Source: Lama guanicoe (lineage: Eukaryota). Taken from it: 64,000 bases of DNA. This document shows positions 47,900 through 58,712 of this stretch, in pieces. The stretch covers positions 870,001-934,000 of the forward strand of contig MU053431.1 in NCBI GenBank assembly GCA_013239625.1, given 5' to 3'. The position numbers and the translations under genes were made by a program. Position 1 is the stretch's first letter. Each line of letters begins with the position of its first letter. Below the pieces are notes generated by a model. It did not search any database and was not told where the DNA came from. It saw only the letters and a program-made list of their open reading frames with translations.

Positions 47900-48600
47900 G
47901 TTCGCCGCTCGGTAGCTACTCCCGCTGTCCCGTCACCCGGATCGTCATGTTTGGCTGCCCCGCGTCCTCTTAAAAAGTCAGCTTGTTTCCATTTCTCACC
48001 CGGGAGCGCGGCGCTGAGGTGAGCATCTCTGTGCGTGTTTTCACGGGCTTCTGCTCGTTTCCCTGAGGTTGCATCACGCGGCTGAAGCTGCAGGGTGGGC
48101 TCAGGGACTGCTGAGCTGTCCTCAGAAAGCCCAGCAGACGCGGTCCTCGCTAGCCGTCGGCCCCGGGGCTGCGGGAAAGGCGGGGCCTACGTCCATGCAC
48201 GTGCGTTCATGAAGGTGACCGTCCCTGCCGGTCTGTCGGGGGAAGACCTGCGTCTGTTGCTGACGTCTATGTGTGTCATTATTACTGAAGCTGAACCTTT
48301 ATTGCCACTCATCTGTTATTGACCATTTGGGTTTTTCTCTCTGTAATTAGTTATCTCTTGGGATTTGTGAGCTTTTTTTTTTCCTGCCAAAATTCGCTTC
48401 TTTCCTCGCTGGGTTTGCATGAGTTCTTTGCGCGCTGTGAACCTTCCTGCCTCCTTTGCTCACTGCACATGTTGCCCCTTGTCTTTCTTTGGTCTTTCAG
48501 TTTTATTATGTTTTCTGACTTAGAGACTCACTTATTTTGTCATCATACCTGTTCTCTCCCCAGATGCGTTTCGCTTTTTTGCCCTTTATTATTCGGTGTC
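47900..48600 (-). mobile_element. Very old L1ME-type fragments
   Basis: 'cagcttgtttccatttctc...gagcatctctgtgcgtg' and 'attactgaagctgaacctttatt...tctgttattgaccatttgggtttttctctctgtaatt'. Confidence 0.55.
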
Positions 48601-51600
48601 TTTAAGACCCCTTTCACTCTCTGACCGTCTTCGTCTCCGCTCTCCTTCCCTTCTGTCTCTTTTTCCCTGATGCTCCGGATCCTTCCTCCCTTTCTTCCCT
48701 CACTTGCTGACACCGGGCAGTAAAGCCCTCTTTCCCCCTCACTGGCCGCCCCAAGTTGCCATCACAGCTCTGCATTTACACCCCTTTCCTTCCCTGGGCG
48801 CTGACTTCCCTACATCACCAACTTGGAAATGGGCCTGAAGGACCTTAAACACGGGTTGGCTGGTGCCAGGGCAGCTCACACCTAATCCCTCCGTGTCCCG
48901 GGGTCGTGGGCACCGAGGGACCGGTTCTGCCTTCTGCTGGCTGTAAAGAAGGTGCTTGTATAGTTTCTGTAAGAGATTTTTATGAAACAAACCTGCACAC
49001 TTCCAGACCGGAAAGGTATTATGCGAACATTTTATGAGCAGAACGTAGAAATTAATGGGGAAAAAAATACTAGAAATGTGGATGGCTTGGCGTTGTTTGC
49101 TGCTCGCACCCAACGGGATGTGGTTAATCGTACATCACATCACGGGCTCCTCTAATCTCCTCCGTAATGTGTTTTTCATTTCCATTTGTGTTGGAGGTTT
49201 TGTAAAATAAACACATATTGTGTTCTCTGGGAAGATAATAGGCTCCTTTAAGAGGACAAAGCTGCTGTGACTCCGTCAGCTCTGCACGGGGATGGGAGCT
49301 GGAGGGGCCGGAGACGCTGCATTATTGTCCGTCTGGTGGTGGGAAATGACTTAAATAGACTGAGCCTCAGAAATCGTAATTGGGTTAAACCTTGTTATGG
49401 CGAACTCGCCTGCGTGGTTGTGCAGGGCTGTTTAATGAACATACAAACAAGCACTCCGCACTTCGGCGGTGGCTGGGTTTTTTTTCCTGATACTCTGAAA
49501 AGGCTATTCTCTCTTTTTTTAGGTCAATCTTCGAGCTTAGTGATGGAGAAATAGCAATAATAAAACAACAGCACACATGCACAAAACAAAACAAAATCAA
49601 AAGGCCCCGAAACGTTTACATTTTCATTAGGAAGCAGCTGCGGTGACTTGATTATGCAGTAGGTCGTAGGGGGTGGGGAGCTGCTGGGTCTTGAATATGC
49701 AATGGTTTTCTTTTTTTAAAAACCTGGGTTGTCATTAACTTCCGTCACTTCACATTCAGCCCCCAGGGAAGGGAACGGAGATCAGCGGCATCTGCCCATG
49801 TGGTGGAGGGGACACCCAGGCTTAATCCTTGCTGCCTTAGGGGACACTAGTACCGGCGGTGCCAGCGTTTTTAGTCCCAGCCAAGGCTGTCCTAGGAGGC
49901 CCACAGCTTGGCACATTCATCTCCCCTGGGGGGGAAGACCTGGCAGGGAGGGTCAGTGTGGATGCGATGCCAGGAGGGCTGCCTCCAGCCCCAGGGAGAA
50001 GGGAGATTAAAGCCGCTCATTTACATATTCCTCAGTTCTCAGTTTCCTCCCAAGCTCTGTGAGGGGCTCCTTCGTCTTCCCTTGTTTGCTCCCCAGGGCC
50101 TTCTGCTAATAAGAATCACCTGTCCCCGCCCCCCTAGACTCTCGTCCATCTCAACACGGCCCGTCAGATACTTGTAGTTGAATTTATAGCCCATCTTGCT
50201 TAAATGATAATTTTTCACAGTCTCCTAATAAGGGGGGAAGAAAGGGTTTCAACAGCTCGTATTGCTTTCCAAGAATTGCTTTACTAGCAATGTGTGTTGG
50301 TGGCAGAAAATTCCAATAAAAACGGATAAGAATTAATAAGAACGTAAAATCACCGCTGTTGATATTCTGAGCTACAAATATCCTTTCTAGCCTTTTTAAT
50401 TAAACCTACAAAAGTGAGATTCTGTGAAACGACCTTGGTTTGCCCCAGCTTGTTTATGTGCTGTGGCTATTTCCATGTCACTCATCGTTTCCAACAACTG
50501 CGTCTAAGAGTTCCACGGGTTCCACGGGACCCCGTGATGGTTTAGGACGTAATTTCCATAACCGATTCAGAATATGCTGTATCTTAATGTCTTAGCATTA
50601 AGGGGGGAAGTTCCAGAACTGTTTCGGTTTCGTTTCGGCAAGTGGGCAGTTTGCAGCAGGGCCGGTCTTTGCACCTGTGACTGATCCACGCCCGCGGTCA
50701 GGCTGGGAAACCAGGGTGTGTTGGTTTCTACAGTGTTGGCGATGGTGCCGTTGTGAGCGAGCGTGTCTCAGTGGGTTCTCGAGAGTCTTCCTAAACGGTC
50801 CTCTGTGGGCCATGTTTGCAAATGTTAGCCTGAGTCTGTGAGTCAGGGCTGTCTGTGTATGAACCCCCTTCAAGGGGTCACAGCCCAGGACTTGACATTT
50901 GTGGGACCCCAAACCTCAAGCTTCCAGACCAGTTGGGGATGGGGAGATGGTACTTCCCCAGGACAGGACATGCACATACAGGCCTGAGCCCACGGCGTGA
51001 CCCGCACCCTCCCGTCACCCCAGGCAAAGGACCAAGGACTGGGCCTCTGCCAAGCGCCTTTGGTGCTCAGGTAAGTCGGTGTTCCCTGCAGCGGGTGCAT
51101 GGTCTACGCCAAGCCCTCACCTCTGGAACGTGACACATCAACAAACCCCAGGGCTGTTCTTCATGTGCCACAGGGTTTTTTGAGGACGACTTCAGACACA
51201 AAAGGCTGCTCTTACACTGAAATATGCTTTCAACTTTGAAAATATGGTTGGGGTGTGTCTACGCCTATCGCCACTCCCGCCTCGGCCCCCTTATCCCTGC
51301 CCACCCAGGGGGTGTCCCAGCAAGCTCTCCTGGAGGACATTAGACACTGTTGTCCTGAGCAGAGGCCCCTGGGCTGCACGGACACCCCTCTTCGCTCTGA
51401 ATGCCTCTGTGGCTCTAAATGTCTCCTCCCTGGTCCAGCGGGCGGTCCTGGAGCGGAGGTCTTTCCAGCATCACACCCGTGTCCTGACGGCCATGGACGA
51501 CCAGCAGCTCTGACAGAGTCAGGGGCTGTGGACCCGCCCCGGGGAAGTGCAGCCACCTGTCTGTGTGAAACCCAGCACAGCCCCTTTTCAAGAACCTCCA

Positions 51601-54600
51601 CGTCTTAGGGCCACAGCCCCCATGGCAGGGTCTGGAATGGTCAGGAGAGACGCGGTTCGTGTTCTATATAAAGGGCCCTGTGGCACATCTTCAGGGACTC
51701 CTGCCCTCCCTCCCTCCCTCCCCGCCCCCTNNNNNNNNNNNNGCCCCCTCCCACCCGCCTTGGCATGTTTCTTCAGCACAGTCCGACCATCTTTGTGCGG
51801 GGTGAGCACTCTCAGGGCTGTGGGTGCCTCGCAGGTATCAGGCCCACCAGGAGGGTCTGCGGGAGGCCACGGAGAGGCTGGCTCAGGGCACAGTGACTGT
51901 GGAGGTGCTGGAGCCCAGGCAGGATCATTCGGGACAGCAGTGCGCCTCTGCCTCACCTGTCACCTGGACAGGCGAGGTGACAGAGGGGATGCAAAAGGCG
52001 GGGACTCGGAGCTTCCCGGGCCAAGCCTGCTGCCTGGTGCCTGGCTCGGCGTGCAGTGCACGAGGCGACCACCACCTTTACCAGAGAGAAGACTTGGCGG
52101 CCAAGTCTGGGTGGAGTTTGGGAGCTCTGGGCTCTCACGGCAGCTGCCCTTAGAGAGGAGGGAGCGAGCAGCCGACCACTGGGTTCTCACCCGCCATGGG
52201 TCCCCCCCTCAGCGGCCCAGCTTCCCTGGGGCTTGTCCTGCCTGAGTGTGAGGGTTCTTCCACCACCACACCCCCGGCTCCTCCCCTCCCTGCCGCCTGC
52301 CGGGCCCTGCTCAGGGCACAGGGCTCGAGTCCTGCAGGAGGCGGGTGGTGTCAGGACCAGGTGACCCAGAGGACACGGTGAGTGTTGGGAGGAGGATCTG
52401 GGCTCTTCGAGAAGGGAGACGCCCCTTGGCCCACGGCCCCCACAGGCCTGTCATTAGGTGAGGCTGAGCCCTGGGCAGTCAGCGGGCTCCAACACGAGGT
52501 TGCTCTGCTCCCTTAATAAAAACAGTCAGAACTGACCTGGAGTGAGGGCTTCCCATCCTCCAGACCCTATTCCACGTACTCAGTTTGCGTGGCCGCCCTC
52601 TATAGCACGAGGACCCTCCCCGCCAGTTTGCAGGGGGGTCACTGGAGGGTCAGAGGTCAGAGGGTCGTGCGTCTCCTGGCCTAGGATCTTACAGCAGGGA
52701 CCGTTCCCAGGCAGGATCTGGCCCCGAGCCCATGACAGTGAGCACCCCAGCCCTGGCCCGGCACCCTGGCCACCATGCTGGCTGGAGGGACAGGGCAGCT
52801 GCTCTTGGCATGACGGCTCCCGGGTTGGGTATCTGGTCAGAGCAGACTCACCTGCCGTGCACAGACCTCCGGTTCCCAGAGACCCAGTCCGCACAGCCAA
52901 GTTCAGAAGGACTTCACAGTCCTCCAGCTTCTCCCTCATTTACAGGCACTTGGATGATGTAGGCAGAACCCATTTGAAAATTTATTATCCAGATAATCGC
53001 CCAGGGCTTCATTTTGTAAAATGTAACCTTAATCTTCAGTCTGACACGTGCTCATTTTGCATCCCCTGGAAAACTGCTCCGGCCCCTGCCTGAGGACCGT
53101 GTGCCTGAGGACGCCTCCTGTCCTCTTTTTTTTTTTTTCGTCTGTCTGTCATGAACTCAAGCCCCACTGTCGGGCCCTGGGGCTGTCGCTCTGTGCTGCC
53201 CCGGTTGCAATTAGATCTGTTTCTCTTCATCTTCCCAGGGGGCCCAACTGGTGGGCGGATTCACATGTCGAGTTCCAAGCATCTTCAGAACTAATCTCAC
53301 GTGTCAGAAAATTTTGCAAGATGATGTCTGATTCCGCTGACCTGTAAGGGGTCTGAGTCCCTCCTCTGCAGACCCCCTCGCGCTGCCTGATGGAGAAGAG
53401 CTGGACTTAAGTAGCCTTCCATGTGTCCTCTACTTTCTGAAAAGATTGCTAATCCTAGTGGGAATTTACGAGCGCGCACTCAGACCCTGCCGACCAGGCG
53501 AGGCTTCAGCGCATATAAAGCGCGGGTCTCCTGGAGTGAGCACCGCGCCGGAGCAGGCTGGGTGAGCGGCCTCGGTTGATGAATTTCAAAGGCAGAGACG
53601 GTGGTTGACGCATCTTACCTGGCAGGCTTGCTGTGTGAGTTTTCTGATTGATTCTGCATCCAAATTTCTGTGATTGTGGAAGAGTTTTCCACCACTTCAT
53701 GGGGAAGTCAGGCGGGGAAAGCAAGTGATAAAGTTGCCTGGCTTTTCCTTCACAGCTAATCCTCAGGACACATTCTACTGATACGTGCAGAGGCCTCGCT
53801 TGCCATGCGTCCGTGTTTCAGGAGGTGAGACCTGTGACAGGAGGAGAGAAAGACCCGCGACGTGGCCGCCCCCTCCCACCTCCCCCTACCGCCCCGCCGC
53901 GCCACTCGCGGCAGGCGCAGGGCCGGCGTTTGATTTAGTCTTGCAGCTTCTGAAAGTTAGACTCGTGACGTGTCTCCTCCCAAGCTGACTGTATAGAAAA
54001 GCGTTTTATTAAGAAGCAAATGGAGAAGTGAGGATCAAACTTCCTGGGAAGTGATGATCACAGTTTATAATAAGCCAGGAGAATTCTGAAAGGAGGCGGG
54101 GAGGCAATGAAAGGGTGTATGGAGGATATTAAATTAAGTAGTTTTAATGTCACCATTTGATAGCTTGGAACGCGAACAATTCATGGTTCTCAAAACTGTC
54201 AGGTCGAAGCATCCGGCTTTTGGGGTGGGATGGTGGCGTTGGCGGGGCTTTTGAGCCAAGCTTACAATGAAGGAACTCAGCTTTCACATTGGAGATGCAG
54301 CTGCGGCCGGGAGAGCCGGGCGGAGCGGTCAGCCTGCAGTCTCTGGGTTCACACGCCTCCCATCCCGCTCCGTGAGGTCCGGAAAAGTGGCTGGACCTCC
54401 CCCAGCCTCGCTCCGTGTCCTGTGTCGATTGGAGGAGGATGCTGAAAATGCCGACTTCACGGGTTGTCCATGCGGGTCTGCGTCCAGGAAGGCGCTCAGC
54501 ACCACGGAGGAATGGTGTGCAGGCCATAGATTGGTTCGTGTTTATTTAGAAACCAAACTTTTGCCTGTCTCCCTTAATGGGATTATAGGATGCAGCCTGA

Positions 54601-54994
54601 AAGACCAAGAAGTCCACCCTGGTGGCTGGCATGTGGCCCAGGACTCTCAGGGGAATGACCCTGTTCATGTTACGGCGAGGTGCCTGGTTCCCGTCCCGTC
54701 CTGGGGCCAATTACCTTTGCAGAGAAGAATCCATCTTTTGGGCGAGGGCCCCTCTGTGGGCCTGGCCTGAGGCCAGTGAGTGCTCAGGGCCCCAGCTGCC
54801 CCTGGGGACCCCGCCCGCCCCAGGGGATCAGACTCAGGTTGAGAATCATCCACCGAGTGTAGGCCGGCCGTGACCTCCCTCCAGGGCCCCTCCCGTTCAG
54901 CCGCTGTCTCTAACTGACGATTTCAGCCCACGTGTGCTTGTGAGAAAGAGAGCCCTGGGGGCCCGGCCTCGGCCCCCGCCCTCGACATGCTTTT

Positions 54995-55200
54995 ACCTCT
55001 TTATTGTGGAACTTTCATAGGTTCACAGAAAATTGCAGAAAGCAAGGTGCAGAGAGGTCCCTTGTACCCTTCACCCAGATTCCCCAGTGACAGCGTCGTG
55101 GTCGTCGTGAGTCCCACGTCAGCGAAATGACGTGGATAACAGTGCGCAAACCTAATTCACATGCCACCACTTTGACCTGCACTGGGGGGGTGGGTTCCAC
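54995..55200 (-). mobile_element. L1MC-type 3' end
   Basis: 'cataggttcacagaaaattgcagaaagcaaggtgcagagaggtcccttgtacccttcacccagattccccca'. Confidence 0.85.
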
Positions 55201-55324
55201 ACAATTTTAAAAATAGGTGGTAATTTATGTATCATCCATTGTAGCGATCAGTCACGCCACTTAATTTCTCGAAGCCCCCATATCACCCTGTATGGAGGGG
55301 CTGAGCCCATCCGCTGTCAATCAG

Positions 55325-55780
55325 AAACACTCTCACGTTCACTCACCAGGTGTTCACTGGGTGCCCTTTCTCCCAGGCTCCGTGCTGGCTTCTGGGCGTT
55401 TAAAGGTGACCAAGACAGAGATGGCTCCTGTCCCCGTGGAACTGAGGATCAAGAGGGAGTCCACAGCCCGAGGCTGAGTGCTGTGGTGGGTGCCCGCCAC
55501 CTGCATGTGGGGAGGGTGCCCACGTCGGACGTGGGCGGGTGCCAGGGGGGACCCCTGAAGCCAGCGCAGGGGTGGCTGGGCACAGGGGGAGGGAGGGGCG
55601 CTGTAGGCGCAGAGGTCAGAGGGCTGTGGCCGGGCAGGAAGCCGAAAGGGGTTGGCTGGTGACCCCTGTGTGAGTGAGAGTGGTGGCTCCGGAGCGTGTG
55701 GGTGCCAGCATCCACACTGAGAGGCCTGGGAGCAGAGTGGGGGCTCAGGCTTTAGTGGAAGAGCAGCTGGGACCCATTTA
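55325..55780 (-). mobile_element. L2 fragment (degenerate)
   Basis: 'ttcactcaccaggtgttcactgggtgccc...ccaggctccgtgctggcttctggg...gtgaccaagacagagatggctcctgtccccgtggaactga'. Confidence 0.7.
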
Positions 55781-55794
55781 AGACTTCGCTTCTG

Positions 55795-55985
55795 TTAACA
55801 GCTTTACTGAGACACAATCACGTGCCACAAAACTCATCCTTTTAATGCTGCTCAGTGCTCTTCAGTTTATGCACAGAGTTATGCACCCACCACCACTATC
55901 TAATTTTAGAACATTTTCATCACCCCAGAAGGTTCTATGTGATTTTATCGCATGTGTAGATTGGTTTACCCACCACCATCAGGAT
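55795..55985 (-). mobile_element. L1MB-type 3' end
   Basis: 'cagctttactgagacacaatcacgtgccacaaaactcatcc...cacagagttatgcacccaccaccactatctaattttagaacattttcatcacccca'. Confidence 0.85.
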
Positions 55986-56244
55986 CTGGGGTTGTCCCAT
56001 CTCCACAGGCTTATCTTCAAAAATAATCGATGTATTGTGCTACTGTGACATAAAGGAGCGTGAGGAGGAGCACGTCCACAGAAGCATGAGGCCTTTCAGC
56101 GTGTAAGTGCTTGGCGGGGCTTTGCTGGACGACCCGGCAAGGGGCCAGCGGCTTGTCCAGGGAGCCTCTGGGTGACAAAGCAGATGTTGATGGACACAGG
56201 TTAGACTAGTGATTCAGGGCCCCAGGTCAGCACTGCTGTCAGGG

Positions 56245-56616
56245 ATACAGTTCTCTGACATGGTGAAGAACTCTTTGGGAAGCTCAAACAACTCAAAGGA
56301 CAACCTTCCTTCTGTTTCCATGGCAGTTTCACTCCGAAAATATTTACCGTAGATTGAAACCCTGCAAAACCAGGCGATGTTTGTATATAAAACAAAATTA
56401 AGGGCCGGTATCAAATAATTCTAGACTTACGAGATGAACCGGTGGGCCATCCCGGGGTGCACACGTGAGACGTCTCGTGCTTTGCAGGAGGCCTGGCATC
56501 CCCAGCCCTTGCCTACAAGGTGCTCACGGTGCCCAGACATTGTGACAACTGAAATGTTCCCTCTGTGTTTCCAAACCTGCTTCTTGGGGTGGCACCACCC
56601 TCATAAGAGCCACTGT
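56245..56616. mobile_element. hAT-Charlie element with MER20-like end
   Basis: Terminal 'cattgtgacaactgaaatgttcc...taagagccactg'; exact subfamily unknown. Confidence 0.55.
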
Positions 56617-56715
56617 GCTCAACTATGAGTTAGTTCCCCAAGGATCCTGTATCTAGTCCTCACTTGTCATCTGTAGCGTGGGCCCCGGCAGGTGTGAAGT
56701 AGCCAAACTAACATG

Positions 56716-57345
56716 CATGGAAGGATGGATGGATGGGTGGATGGATGGATGGATGGGTGGGTGGATGGATGGGTGGATGGATGGATGGATGGATGGGTGG
56801 ATGGGTGGATGGATGGGTGGAAGGATGGGTGGGGGGAGGGNNNNNNNNNNNNNNGGATGGATGGGTGGATGGATGGAAGGATGGATGGTGGATGGATGTG
56901 TGGAAGGATGGATGGATGGAAGGATGGATGTGTGGAAGGATGGATGGGTGGATGGATGGGTGGATGGATGGGTGGAAGGATGGAAGGATGGATGGATGGA
57001 TGGGTGGATGGATGGATGGATGGATGGNNNNNNNNNNNNNGGATGGATGGGTGGATGGATGGGTGGATGGATGGAAGGATGGATGGGTGGATGGGTGGAT
57101 GGATGTGTGGAAGGATGGATGGGTGGATGGATGGAAGGATGGATGGCTGGATGGATGGGTGGATGGACGGGTGGAAGGATGGAAGGATGGATGGATGGAT
57201 GGATGGGTGGATGGATGGGTGGATGGATGGAAGGATGGATGGGTGGATGAGTGGATGGATGTGTGGAAGGATGGATGGGTGGATGGGTGGATGGATGGGT
57301 GGATGGATGGATGGGTGGATGGACAAATGGATGGACAGATGGAGG
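56716..57345. repeat. (GGAT)n array with GGGT/GGAA/GTGT variants; gaps N 56841-56854 and 57028-57040
   Basis: Directly visible; it produces the MDGW/IHPS pseudo-ORFs. Confidence 0.97.
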
Positions 57346-57553
57346 GTGATAGGCTGAAGGAAAGAGAAGGGAAGAGAGACGGCTGTCACTGTGCCTCAGA
57401 ATCACTCAGAAGCCTGTTGCCCTGCATGTGCACTGAGGCCACCGTCCCTGGCCTTCAGGCGTGGATGGGCCTCCCCACTCCTAAGTGGAGAGCGTTGATA
57501 ACTTGGATGACAGTCATCATTTGGTTGTTGTAAGAACACCGGGTTCTGCAGGC

Positions 57554-57762
57554 CAGGTTCTCAAGAGCTGACTTTGTCCCCCAGGAGTCATCTGGCAATC
57601 CCTGAGAACATTTCTGGTGGTCACAACTCGGGGGAGGATGCTACTGGCATCCAGTGGGTAGAGAGACCAGGGGTGCTGCCAAGTGTCCTGCAGGCACAGG
57701 GCAGCCCCGCAACAAGGAATGGTCCAGCCAGGCTGTCAAAAGTGCCTGGCTCAAACTCTGCT
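57554..57762 (+). mobile_element. MER20 DNA transposon
   Basis: 'gactttgtccccaggagtcatctggcaat...tggtcacaactcggggg...tgctactggcatccagtgggtagag'. Confidence 0.9.
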
Positions 57763-58579
57763 GTGCTTTTTTTCAGAGCCACTGTAATGTAAGTCAGTGG
57801 GCCTTTGGAATACAAAAGTCAGCCTTGAACAAAATGGATGCACAGAGAGCTTACACACCTTCAGAAAACAGGAGACGTGGGGGAGGCAGCTCCCAAGATG
57901 AGGTCTGCGAAGAGGCTTCTCCAGGTAGACAGTGTGCCCAGTAGGCCGGGTGTATCAGTCGTGTGATTATATGTACTTACGTGAAGACACAGTTGTTTTA
58001 TAAATGCAGCAGCGCTTCTGAGAGCAATAGGAAAACTTCTCCCAGGGGTGAGCGAGCTAACACACACAGAACCAGAAGCCTGGATTCACAATGGGGTAAT
58101 AAATGGAAACTCACTGCACAAAGAAAACTTGGTGTTTTAATTTGTCAGACAATTACTGACTGGCAAGAGGCTCTTTGTACCAGAATCCTCCTTTCAGAGC
58201 ATGAATTTTCCTTAAAAGAGAACAAACCAATGTTTACAGTCTCTGCCGAAACAGAGTCGCTTGAAAACAGTTGGTACCTACATGGAGTTCGTGGACCAGC
58301 GTCCGTGCTGCAGTCACTGCCCGGCCCGTCTAGAAACAATTAGTTGTTCCCAGCATCTGCCTCTGTGGCTGCCGCAGCCCAGCTCCTCCATGTGCCTCAG
58401 AAGTTGACATCTGCAATCAGTTTCTCTGCTCACCGGAGCTTCACATCTCCCTGTGCGTCCTGAAATGAAGGGGTGGCTTGTTTACCCTCCTTCAGGGAAC
58501 TCTGTTAAAGGTAACACTAAAGTGGAGAGACCCAGAGACGTTAGCAGGGTTAGAGCCACTCTGCTGAAGTTTGGTGTTG

Positions 58580-58712
58580 GCAGTGAGGTGACGATGAACG
58601 TGGCAATGACAGTGATGGTGAGGATGGTGGTGACAGTGGCAGTAACAGTGAAGTGGCAGTGGAGGTGCCAGTGATGCTGGTGGTGGTGATGCTGGTGACA
58701 GTGATGGGTGAA
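58580..58712. repeat. Degenerate (GGT/GAT)-type simple repeat
   Basis: gtgatggtgaggatggtggtgacagtgg... Confidence 0.75.

Noticed and set aside
51731..51742. 12-bp N run in a C-rich tract, with a 232-aa ORF across it
   Set aside because: Assembly gap; the ORF frame across it cannot be trusted and has no recognisable domain
56653..57533. ORFs of 190-266 aa on both strands
   Set aside because: Translations of the (GGAT)n array spanning N gaps
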